Positions 52,701-64,000 of a stretch of DNA of 64,000 nucleotides are shown here, piece after piece (the first letter of the stretch is position 1; every line of letters starts with the position of its first letter). The DNA is from Marsupella aquatica (taxonomy: Eukaryota; Plantae; Marchantiophyta). The stretch covers positions 25,257,233 to 25,321,232 of the forward strand of contig OZ316892.1 of NCBI GenBank assembly GCA_973895155.1, read 5' to 3'. A program made the position numbers and the translations under genes. Below the pieces are notes generated by a model. It saw nothing but the letters and a program-made list of their open reading frames with translations. It made no database searches and had not been told where the DNA came from.

Positions 52701-53290
52701 TCAATGATTCGTTTGGATCCTTATCTGAATGCGAGTTGTCAATTTCTTTAGCTATGAATGTACTAGCTTCAGTCGCAACCGAGCACTCCCAAACCCGCGG
52801 CTTGCTATTAGGGGGAACCACTTTGACTCAAGCTCATCACGTTGCCCCAGCCCAAATGGTAGATTCAAATGGAATGCACCACTATGATCCAAGGGGAGCA
52901 CTATGTAATCCTCAGGGATCCTAGTGAAGTACCCCACAGCGCCAACGCCTAAAGCTGGCAGACCCTCTCCCCCAGAGTATGTGGTACATCAGTTCCCAAA
53001 CGCGACCTGCTGCATTAACGTGGAAAAGAGCACCTAGTATAAGCATCCCCCAACTCTGCCCCTTATGCTGCCATTCTTTGTTGTTCCTCCGCAAAGAGTC
53101 CTTGGCCATAAGTCCACTGAATCTTTGACTTCGCCCACGACCCCGCACCACCATATCCTAAAGGAGCGTTTGCACCAAGCTTCCCCACTTCCTTAATCCT
53201 AGATCATCCTTTCGACCATAACTTCTACCAATAATCTGGACTTCCTCTCAACTCCCCGATCGATTACTATCTGTCATCCACACCTTCATA
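49800..53290 (-). mobile_element. L1-clade LINE, 5' half: UTR, ORF1 and APE endonuclease; no RT
   Basis: ORF1 fragments with plant L1-type motifs (APWFMERR, VWIEIP) and knuckle CFKCNLKGHLARD. ORF2 from 50524 has IASWNVCGL, ALQEVK, SVYAPN, SRLDRFY and SDH, then stops. Boundaries are approximate. Confidence 0.88.
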
Positions 53291-53312
53291 AGGAATTTCA
53301 ATAATTATATAG

Positions 53313-53565
53313 GTTTATTACTCAAAATGAAGATATGTTCATTTTTTACGACGCGAGGATCTTTGTTGCAAAATCAAAGTAGAGCGCTTTATCCCTTCTA
53401 TTTTGGCAAATGATGAACGCTAATTATAATCTTTATTATTCAAAATGAAGATTATTTTTGTTCTTTTTTTACATGTTTTTTATGAAGCGACCTTTATTAC
53501 AATTATAAGCTTTATTATTCAAAATAAAGATTATTTTTGTTCATTTTTTACATGTTTTTTACAAA
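53313..53565. repeat. Three diverged AT-rich repeat copies
   Basis: TTTATTA(C/T)TCAAAAT(G/A)AAGAT..TGTTC.TTTTTTAC near 53314, 53432 and 53511. Confidence 0.7.
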
Positions 53566-54069
53566 GCTTCATTTCCTTCAACTTGGTGGGGCAAGGTTGA
53601 TAGTTCCATAACTGAGCCTGGCTGCGGCACAAGAAGAAGTCTGTTGTACGCTAGCTTGTAGCCTCTGCACTAGATTGCACGTTTTGCCTGATCAGTTCGA
53701 GTTGTCGTCCGAAGAACTGACCACGTTTGTGTTGTTCCACGACCCAAAATGTTAGCAAACCTGCAATCATGGTAATGACAAAAAGCTATTCAGAGACATG
53801 GTATGATTCTTCATTACCAACTACTGGAAATTAAGGATGAATGAAAATCAAAATACCTATTGATAAAGAGTATAATCTTATGAGTTTGAAAATCTAAAAA
53901 CTAGTAAAGAATTGTGTTGAATTCTAATATCAAAACATGAAAAAAATCACTTAATAATTTTGTTTTGGATAAAATCATAATAAATTGCTTTCCTTTTTCC
54001 TACTAGCAATGAATTTGGGTGTTTTGAAATCTAATCACGTACATTCTATATTCATGACTACACTTACCA

Positions 54070-54600
54070 TAGTTTACTCTTCTCAAAAGCCCGTTGATCA
54101 CCATTGATATTCAATGTCATTTTTCAACAATTTTGTTAGAGACATGACAAGATCTGCATGCATATAGGAGGATGAAATGTCAATAATAATTCACATATTC
54201 TTAGAAACCTTTGAGTCCTTGGTGGGGGATTGCAGATTTACAATTATCCAAACTATTTCTAACATCTATTGCTACACCCTTCTCACCCTTCTGAGAGATT
54301 ACATGTCCCAAAAGGATACCTTCTTGCATCCCTATAAAATATTTTTCTAGATGAAGGCAGAGTTACATTTTTAAAAAGTTAGTCCCAACTTTTTAAGGTG
54401 AGTGTGATTAGAGGTATAAACACAAATGTAATATATGGAGCTACACTTGGAATAGTATTGTCATGATTCTTTGGAAGGTTCTAGAGCATTACTCAACCCA
54501 AATGGAATGATATTCAATACATAGGTGCCCCAATTGAAAGAGAACGTGAACTTATCTATATCGTCTTCTCTCATTGAGATTTGATTCTACCCTGCATAGC
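54070..54600 (-). pseudogene. Highly degraded Gypsy RT fragment related to the Athila-like pol
   Basis: Minus-strand translation gives WGTYVLNIIPFGLSNA, GILLGHVISQKG and DLVMSLTKLLKNDIEYQW, matching WGTYAFRVMPFGLCNA, GILLGHVISQRG and DLAMPLTQLLKKDVEYVW at 43.3-43.75 kb. Confidence 0.8.
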
Positions 54601-55182
54601 CATCATGGAAATAAACAAGGCATGGCCTGCAACTATATTCAACACAAGATCTTCAACACCCTAAGCTTGTCGAACTTTTCCTCTCTCAAAGTTCTTCCCC
54701 AATATTTGTTCAAATGGATCCTCTTGCCATACCCAAGTTAGTGTTTATTAGAAAATAAGTTACATTAAACTAAGAAAAAATCACAATTTATTAAATTTGT
54801 TAGTGAATTATAACCTCTAAACTACAACTTTTAAACATACTAGTAAAACTTGTAGGGTGTGAGCTAATTCAAGGCTAAAATCAACTCTAGATTTTGTTTC
54901 ACTCTTTATGAGTTTTTATTATGATTTAGTGAATGAGTATATTATATTGTTAAGCATTGAAACAAGTGATGTTCAAGAGAAACCTCTCACAAGCCAATCA
55001 TCTAATTAATAATTTCTTTGGACTTTAGGGTGCATCTACATGCTAGCAAAATTATATTTTTCTCCATTTGAAGGATTTTGATGTTTGAAGTGTTACTTCT
55101 AGTAGTTATCAAATCTATTTTAATTTTTAATATCCTCTAGGTTCTTTGAAATTTAGCATTATAATTATTGTTAGTCATTTTT

Positions 55183-56929
55183 CCTTGAAATGATTTTTTA
55201 ATAAAGATAATAGCGGCCGCAAACAGCCCCACGGCCAGGGCAAGCAAACAGCCAAACAGGCCACAAACCAGGACCCCAATCAACAAGGGGACCAAAGCAA
55301 CAATGTGAAAACACGCACATGGGGGCCAAAGCAACAGTGTGAAAAGGCCCAATACAATAAGAGAAGCACTGAATGCAGCCCCCGCAGCAAGCAGCTCATA
55401 AGCCAGATGTGATACGGCGCAGCCGTGTTGTATCCAGTGCCTACGAAGGGTATCAATCCATGTTTTGGCTCTAAGGATTCGGGTACCTTTCCGGCCCGGA
55501 GGAAGCCCCCGACTAGCCGCATAAAGGTTATCAGCCGTCTCCGAGAGAACCAGGCCCAAGTCAAAGACTCTACTGCCACCAGCCTGGAACATGATTGTGT
55601 GTGTTCCGGCCCAGCCAGATAGACCACAAGATCTGATACAGGATAAAAAGCTTTGCAACATGGGCAGGGTCTTTCCCGAAAGCAACATCTAGCAAAGGCA
55701 GCAGACCCTGCCCAAACGGCAAACAGAGAACACATAGGAATGATTGGCATAACCGCCAACAACAATCAGCATGGACGCAGAAGACGAAGAGGTGAGGGAT
55801 GGTCTCCACCGTGCCGCTGCAGAGCTTGCAGTCCCCGTTGCTCATCTCCAAGTGCAGTGCCCGCGCACCAGTAAAAAGGCCACCTACAATAATGCGCCAG
55901 ATAAACGTCTTGCCTCTTGCCGGCAAGTTCGAGCTCCAAAGTTGAGACCAGTTAGAGCCCCATTCGCTCTCAGAGCGTGCCACCGACCAAATGTGGTTCC
56001 ACCGAGAGAAAACAGAGATTTGTGGCCTCAAAAATTGGTAGACGCGGCAATTAGCAATCTTGAAGTCCTTCAAATTCTCTGGCTTGTCTACCCACCGCCA
56101 CTGTTTGGCATAGAGGAAGCAGTCAAACCTGCAAGCACTTGAGCTCCAAAGGAGCTCTAAGAATTCAAGAGCCAGTCTCCTATGCTCAGATGTGAACCCT
56201 CTCATTGTCTGCCATCTTAGTGGCAGGTCTCTCCAACCATCGTCCTCTCTAGACCAGCCATCCCCGATTGATCTCAATCCAAGTCGCCCACAAAGAGCAG
56301 TAATCCCAACCAAGTCGTCATTCGGGAGAGAATTAAACCCCTGCAGGCAACGAAGAGTGTCATGAATACTCCAACGTGCCGGAGTCCCCAACCTCCCAGG
56401 GACAAAGGAGAGGTGGGCCCGCACCAGCTCCCAGCACCTCCAAAGCCCCCCAGTGTATGGCAACCTGCAAAAGGAGCGTGGAGAACACAGGAGCAGCATG
56501 TCCTGGAAAGAATATTGGTTCCTACAGATCACTTTATAGTTCCGCCAGCCCATCAAAGCCAAATTGGCCTCCAGCATTCTTGCCCATTCCAGGTCAGGAG
56601 AGTTCAGAGCCTTAGTGAACCATTGTGATAGTAAAGCATCAGAGTGACTGCGAAAATCATTAAAGCCAAGTCCCCGCTTCAGCTCTTGGGAGAGACATCT
56701 TGGCCCATGCCACCAGCGGTACCTTTCGACCCCCAGTAGGGTTGTATCCCCAAAGGAAGTCCCGACACAGTGCAGTCAGCTTCTTGGCCAGCCCTGCAGA
56801 GGACTTAAGATACATTACATGATAAATGGGAATTGCTTGCAAGACATGCTTAACTAGTAGTGATCGACCAGTGAATGATAGTAGCTTGTTAGTCCAAGCC
56901 GACAACCGCAGACTAATCATGTCCAGGCA
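55183..56929 (-). mobile_element. 5'-truncated L1 LINE (ORF2 C-terminal part with zf-RVT) with target-site duplication
   Basis: Motifs W..KLLSFTGR.LLVKHVLQAIPIY, FLWG..VAW, FIWR..C.LC...ETIPHLFVFC, WSIWL.RN. ATTGTTAGTCATTTTT is duplicated at 55167-55182 and 56930-56945, with an A-rich 3' end. Confidence 0.92.
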
Positions 56930-59619
56930 ATTGTTAGTCATTTTTATTATCCTCTAGGTTGTTTATTATCTTTAATGTTCGTTATTTGAGAAGTTTATTT
57001 TAAAAATTTCTGATTTTCTTAAAGTTCTCTAGTCGAATTATTTTTCTAGCATTGAGTCAAATATACACAATCTCTTTTGTTTATTACAATAATTATATAC
57101 AAACTCATCTTTTTACTTAAAACATTGACATAAATGCATGTGATGCTAGAAAATTTAATTGTTTGCTTAAAAATGACAAACCTTACTAGATTTATATATA
57201 ATCATTTTTACAATCTTGAGCCAACGTATACCCAAAATCATGGGTTCTTTCATCAATTTGTTTTCTAAATTATTATATTAATCTTTATTTAAAAAATCCA
57301 AATTGATAAATTTGATGAGAAATTTATAAATTTCCCAATTTAGTTAGTTAGTTACTTGCTTGCCAATATTTTTTTTTAAAACTATTGGCACTAGTACAAA
57401 GTTTACTACACACTAAACCACCACAAAATATTTTGGCCAAAGTTGAGTTCGTTTACCCCTTTAAATTGCCAGAATGCAGCTAAAAAATCTTAGATTTTTA
57501 GGATTCCTATGACAAATTTTTAATAGAGGATGTTCCTCAAGGGGACCCATTGGTTGGTGTGCAATCAAGAATATTTCATGTCAAGGATTTACTACTCTTA
57601 GGGCGATACGGGGATGCATGCACAAGGGAAACCGAGTGCGGACCGAGCTTGATTGATCAGACATTCTGGAATAATAAATTGATGAAAAAACTAATTCCTG
57701 AGACAAAAATAATTCCCATGTAATGATAAAAAAAACTTCACAATTAGAAAAATTTCTTTCACGAAATCTTTTATCAACAATAAATATTATTAGTTATTAA
57801 ATTAACTTAGTTTTGTAATATTAGTACTATTTTGATGCACTTTAATATTATCATGTTGTAAATAATATAATATTATTATTATAATTTAAGTTTTATAGAC
57901 TCTAATAACTATTTAAATTTTAACTCATAAAATATTTTTATAATAAATATTTATATCTAGAAAAAAAATACAATAATTGTTCAAAAATATATAAGGGCAC
58001 CTAATGATTTATATTGTTTTGTAATATTCTCTTAAAGTTGTGTTTAGTTCATATTTATTATTATTATTTTAATTATTTATAAATTCTCATGAGAGATACT
58101 TTGTAAGAAATTTCACATTCTCACTAGTCTAGGTTCTTTAGCAAACACGAATGACTATTATTTAACAAGAAACAAACATGATTATTTATATTTAACAAGA
58201 AATAAACACGACTATTCATTCATGACACAACGTTAATTGGAAAAAATTGAATTCAAGAGTGAATCTCTTATTTGCAATCAATCTAACACTTACATTAAGT
58301 ATGATGCAAGTGAATGTTATCAAGAGTTTATTTCAAAGATATTTGATTCAAAATTTTCATTAATAAATAATAAGTTTTTCTTCCATCAAAGTGATACATA
58401 TCCATATTTCAAAGTGAGTTATGTGGATAAACTATGTCTTCACTAACAAATATGTTTTATACCATGTGGCATTGAAACATAAAAAATGAATGTTTTTACC
58501 ATAGAAAAAAATTATAAATTAAAATATCATTATTCCTTCATCAATCAAAACATATGATTATTTTTGTCAAAGTGTTTTGTAGTCTCACTTAATGTTAGAT
58601 TTAAGAGAACTTTTATTGTCACAATGTAAGTTGATTTTTTTTAATAATATCACAATGCTCAAACATATTATTGAATAGTTATTATATTGAAGCCTCTATG
58701 ACGTCAATATATTCAATTTCTTTAGATAATAGTGTTGTAGTCTTCTACTTTTAGTTGGTTAAATTATTGATCTTTCACTCATAAGTAAATAAAAATGAGT
58801 TATACATTTGTTTGTATTCATATATTTTTCATACCCAAAATATGTGTGGTTTTGTAATATTAAAACAATTAAATCTTATACATAAAAATATTATCTAATA
58901 TTTTTGTGAGATATTTGCAAATTTTTTGTATAACAATCTAATGTTTTGGTCAATAAGGATTGGACATGAGCTTGGTTATATTTCTAAGGGTTTAAGATTT
59001 AATTAAAATCTTTACTAAACTTAATCATTGATGTAACTAAATCAAACTTTATGCCAAATCAACTTAAGTAGAGAAATCACCAAAATAACAGTAATTAAAT
59101 TTACATAGATTTAATAATTTATTTATAATATAAAAATTTGTTTTTTACTAGAACCAATCTTAAAAAGAATCTCACTTTAATTGTATGGACTTCATTGCAT
59201 AAACTTAGCAACACTAGCTTGTTGAAATATAAAATAGATTGTTTAGTATGAGTGATTTTTATACCTAGACTAGCTTGGAAAATTTTTGTTACTAGTTAGA
59301 TAAATCACGTTGCTTGTATGGATCAAAATAGCTAGGTTGGATCAAAAAAGCCCATATCATAAAGTCTTATTCATTTAAGGACATGCCTAATGTATTATAT
59401 ATTGTATTCTTGATATACTCAATTCAATAAAAAATTCATGAATTCAAACAAACATGCTCATGTTAAAATTTACTATGTATTATGCAAATATTTTTAATAA
59501 GTTTTAAAGACCAAATAATGACAAATATTTCCATTAATCTTTTTAATGACTTCAAATTCATAGTATCTAATCATAAGAATAGATATAGTACAAAAATTTC
59601 AAACAAAGAAGTTAAAATT

Positions 59620-62338
59620 TGTTAGACTCTACCTCCTCTGACCGAACGATTGGACCAGCCGGTCATCCGACCCCACTATATGTACACACATTCTTGACTA
59701 TACAGACATTCATTCCATGGGGTATAGCGACGGAGACAGGAAACAGGTAAACAGGAATTTTTTTTCCTGTTTTTAATATGCTGTTATCAGGAAAAATCAC
59801 TGTTACCAGGAAAAATGATAAGTTAAAAATGTCTCCTAAAACATGTTATTTCCAAAAACAATTAACAATGCAACATTTTTGGCTAGGTTTGGGCGCTACT
59901 ATTAGCAGCGCCAGGCGCTAGCAAAAAAACTGGTCGACCGAAAAAAAAAACTTTTTTTTCTCAAAAAAAAATCAAAAAATCAAAAAAATCAAAAAAAAAT
60001 CAAAAAAAAATTCCACCCATTTTCCTGTTACCAGTTTTTTTTCTGTTACCAGTTTCTGTTATTAAATCCTGTTTCCTGTTTGCTGTCTTTTGTAAACACC
60101 TCATTCCATGACACGTTATCAGCACAAGGTCCCAGCCAGCGAAGCGATGAAGAAAAGAGAGAACAGACCATGGAAGATTTGAGAATTTTTTTTTATGCTG
60201 AATGGACAATGAGTGATTGGAGATGGAGAAGGTGAGTCTGGTTATTACTGGAGCAAAACGAACGAAAGATAACAAAAGACTTGTGAGCAAATCGATGGAT
60301 AGTGTAGAGCCGATGATGGATCAGAGTTTCGTCAATTGATAAGCACAGAAGGAGAATCCATGAAGAACGGGAGAGAACATAAATGAAAACTGTCTACTCG
60401 CGACTTCACCCTAAATGACTACTGCAAGAAAGTAGTTGGCATAAGGGCAACATTGAAAGGAGCAACATCGATCGAAATCAAGAAGGGGCAGCATCAAAAA
60501 TACTCCATAAGGACAAACGCGACCAAGAAAGACGAAGGCTTAATTTCGAGAGGAAGCACAACCTGAGAAAAGTGAGAGAAAAAGGTCGCGCACGGATTAG
60601 CCTGGACAAAGAAGGACTCCCGTAATGACAAGCTTCGTCGATCGAGAGGGATAAAAGGAAACAAAAATTAAAAGAGAAGGCCCAATAGTAGCGCGACATC
60701 GAAAGCAGCGAGAGGGCGAAATGTGCAACTGAGTGAAGGGCCGCTAGCAGGCAGAATCGAAGAGGCGCAAACTGATTGAACGAGAGAGAAAATCAGAAGA
60801 AGTTTGAAGAACGATAAGGATCGCGTAAGAAAGAGAGCACAGCCCGATCTCCATAAGGACAAGAGCAAAGTGAACAGAGGAGAGAAAAGCAAGCCTGACA
60901 AAGAAGAAAAAAAAACGAACCTGATCAAAGGAGACCCGGGTGCAGGACGGCACGTCGATAAATCTCGCAACAAAAATGTCAAAACGTCGAGAAAACCTCG
61001 AAAACCGCCAACCTCTTTAACTGCAACATCCGTCAAAGAGATTTCAATCACAAAGGAAAATTTGCACTTAACCAAATAAGCGCACATAACCGCAAAACCT
61101 CCATAACTGCATTTTGTAACAAAGAAAATTAACCTTACAAAGCCGCATGTGCACTTAACCAGGGCACGAGTAAATTACCACCCATAACTGCACAAACTGC
61201 AAAACTTCATTACTGCACAATTTATCAAAGGAAAGAGCTAATACAAAGGAAACTTTGCAGTTAACCAAATACCAAGGAAAACCTAAATCCTAAGTGCAAA
61301 CCCTAAAATTGAATTCCAAATTTGCATGCTCTCTATACCCAGCTTCACTTTGCATGCCGCAGAAATGTGCTTTGTTGTTTCTTACTATACTTACTAGTAT
61401 ATAAGCCTCAACTACCATTAAAAGGAACCAAACCATCACCCCGATGACCAACCTCGAGAAATTAACTTTCCCAGCCCTAGAAACCCATGGTAGCAACTAC
61501 CTGGAATGGTCAATGAACCTCAAAGAGAACCTAACCTCGCTAACCCTACTCCCAGCTATAGGGATCTAGCTCAACCTATACTAGCTGGCGAACCCCAACC
61601 AGACCCGTTAACTAAAGCCAATGAATCCAAGGCTCTAGTATTCCTTAGACGCCACATCCATAGATTCTTGCAAAGACAATACATGCACCTCTCAACCCCT
61701 CGTGAACTATGGACAGCGCTCCAGACCCGATTCGACCACCAAAAACTGGTCGGACTATCTAAAGCTAGGCAAGACTGGCTAAACCTGCGGGTCCAGGACT
61801 TTACCTCTATTTCAGCCTACAATAGCAAACTCTTTAGAATAACTTCAACCCTCGTACTCTATGGCGAGCCAGTCACTGACAAGGATCTGCTAGAAAAGAC
61901 CTTATCCACATTTTACTCATCGAACGTGTTACTATCAACACAGTACCGGAACATGAAGTTTGGACAATACTCCGAGCTCATCACCCACCTCCTAGTCACA
62001 GAAAGAAACCAAGAGCTTCTTTTAGTTAACTCTAGAAACGCCCTGCGGGCACACTGCCCTCAGGAACACACAGTGAAACCCATAATATAGAAAACGCTGA
62101 ACCCTCCACATCAAGATAGGGCATTAAGCGCACTAAGAACGGCAACCGGAGAAACACCCACAACAGGGGGAGTTTCTTTAACCAACATCCACAATATAAC
62201 TCCCAACGGACCTTTAGAGGACGTGGGGGAGGCGAAGGTCGTGGAGGACGAGAAGGACATGGAGGACGCGGAGGTGGAAGAGAAGGACGCGGAGGTGGAT
62301 GAGAAGGACGCGGAGGACGCAGAGGACGAGGAGGTCGT
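59620..62338 (+). mobile_element. Ty1/Copia retrotransposon, Bianca-like: short LTR, PBS, long leader, gag; interrupted at 62339
   Basis: LTR TGTTAGAC..(59620) to ..ATGACA (60113) followed by CGTTATCAGCAC, the Bianca-type PBS. Gag starts at 61444 (MTNLEKLTFPALETHGSNYLEW) and continues after a frameshift (ALVFLRRH..LW..L..RFDHQK..ARQDWLNLRVQDF..YNS..LLEKTLSTF..QYR..YSELI), then RGG repeats. Confidence 0.88.
59720..60100. mobile_element. Mutator-like MITE inserted in the Copia LTR
   Basis: TCATTCCATG direct repeat at 59710-59719 and 60101-60110 (9-10 bp TSD). Imperfect TIRs GG.GT.TA..AGACAG.AAACAGG; internal ACAGG/CCTGT motifs and A-runs. Confidence 0.82.
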
Positions 62339-64000
62339 TGTGACACGGGTAACGTGTCACTTGACCGAACCCAGGTTGTAGATTAGGACTTATACGGTCA
62401 TTAGGACCGTAGCCATAGCGTAGAATAGCACGTACAGCCGTCAAGTTGCCATTATGATTAGATTAGGAGTAGGTTAAGATAACCGAATAATTACGAGTTC
62501 AGGAAAGGGATTATTACGCATGACCGAGGTACGGTGGCGGCAGCGGAGTAAAAATCAGTTAGAAGAATCACGCTTGGACCGAGATGCCGACTTCAGCTCA
62601 TTATCAATGACCAAACGGCCTGACCTTCTCACGCTCGGGCTCGTCCGGGCACCTCCATAAGAGAGGAGCCGATGGCACTGCGGGCCATTCGCTCACGTTT
62701 ACCTTTTTGGAATTCACGGACGCTGCCATCCGCTCGCCTTTTCGATTGAATCCAGTCGACCTTTACGAGGAAATTATCGAGGGAGAAGAGCGGAATGTGG
62801 CGAGATTTAGTCAGGACGAGCGAGGCCTCCGCGAAAAAGGACCAGCCAGGTGGGAACGTGGATGCAACGAACCAGACTACGAGGTTAGTATGACCCTCAC
62901 AGCCTTGGGATTTTGGACCTTGTTTGGCGAGGTAGGTGCTAAGTTCTCTGAGACTTACTGGTACTCTTGCCCCGAGAAAGCCGCTTACGAACGAAGGTAC
63001 GCGAAGCTGGTAACCAAGGTAGCACTGGTTAATTGCGAAAGGACAGCCATCACCAGGGATTCTAGCTATAACGAGCTGCGAGACTACATCACCGAACTAT
63101 ATCTCAGCGAGGAAGGGCTTAGATCGGTAGCAGAGGCGATTCTTGAGGTTCCAGCTAAGTTCTTTAAGCTGAAGGGCAACCAGCGGCTTACTCAAGTGGA
63201 GTTCGACAAGATTCCAGGGTACCTAGACCCCGAAGAAACCCCCCGGCCAACCAGACCCGACGGCCCCCGGATAACCCGAAGTCCAACTTATTACAGGTAA
63301 TCCGCGTCCCCGAGGTAGTCTGGATCGCGATCAAGAAACTCAAACATGCGGACTATCTCAAGGAGCATCAGTTGGAGTGGTTCGCCCACTTACTATGGAG
63401 GCCGTGCACCGCCGGGCCGAAGGAGATTTGTGAGTTCATCTCCAATTTCGACACTGATGCGTCAACCACCAAGGTTTCGGGGCAGACCTTATCACTCACG
63501 GAGCATCGGTTAACGCAAATTTTCGGCCTACCAACCGGGCCGGTGCCGGTGGAAATCCAAATTCGGAATAAGGAGTATACGCCGTGGCACTTCAAACCCG
63601 AGGGTAAGACGGACAACGGATACAAGCAGGGGGCGTGCACCAACTTAACCTGTATGGAGCGGCTTAACTTCATACGGACTACCCTACACATGATTGAGCC
63701 ACGATCCGAGATTTCCCTCTGCACGATAGTGCAGGTGGAACAGTACAAACGACGAAACTGGGCCCAATTCTTCTACCAAAGATTCTCGGGGGAGCTGAAG
63801 CGGGCTCAGGGTGGTATTGCTATTGGAGGGAAGACTTACTTGGGGAGTCATATCGCCATTATCCTCGCCTGGTACAAGGCACGGCGGGAGGCCAGAGGAA
63901 AGAATACGGCCACCTCAGCCCCGGGTAATGACACCCCCGCCCCAGAGAAGGCAACCCCAACTACGCGGACTACTGTCCCTCGGACAAACCCCGAGCCGGT
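62339..64000 (+). mobile_element. TG-start insertion (probable Gypsy LTR) nested in the Copia gag, containing ORFs; runs off the window
   Basis: Abrupt junction TGTGACACGGG.. within the gag RGG repeats, resembling the TGTGACGGG termini at 38139 and 31783. ORF 62707-63300 overlaps a -1 frame that stays open from ~63170 to the window end. Confidence 0.7.

Noticed and set aside
53570-54153. Host gene exons suggested by splice-like signals
   Set aside because: The upstream block translates as degraded Gypsy RT and the frames contain stops; no coherent gene model.
55137-55765. Hydrophobic 'membrane protein' ORFs of 183 and 161 aa
   Set aside because: These are alternative frames and the 3' end of the L1 copy, running across its TSD.
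57000-59600. Very AT-rich block as organellar insertion or gene
   Set aside because: No recognisable organellar gene, tRNA or convincing ORF; probably decayed TE or intergenic DNA.
60478-61087. ORFs in the Copia leader
   Set aside because: Low-complexity A/G-rich untranslated leader; the ORFs are compositional artefacts.

Overview
Eukaryotic land-plant genomic DNA with GT-AG introns and plant TE lineages; a bryophyte/liverwort-type genome is plausible but is inference only. The left ~25 kb holds two intact minus-strand genes: a 13-exon sucrose-phosphate synthase (1446-8544, 1072 aa by my exon assembly) and a 6-exon plant coiled-coil protein of unknown function (20828-24074). The right ~39 kb is a nested transposon cluster. 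A decayed Helitron Rep-helicase is interrupted by an Athila-like Ty3/Gypsy element, which itself carries a 2.5-kb TG..CA insert with a perfect 5-bp TSD and is cut by a CACTA element containing an L1 LINE. Further right are a second Gypsy RT remnant, a 5'-truncated L1 with a TSD, and a Bianca-like Copia carrying a MULE-type MITE and another TG-start insertion. The most unusual signal is that several LTR or LTR-like segments appear to carry protein-coding ORFs inside them. Two of these ORFs (45383-47457 and ~63170-64000) are homologous to each other by eye and both follow a TTACGAGTT motif. All calls were made by reading the sequence; no searches were run.
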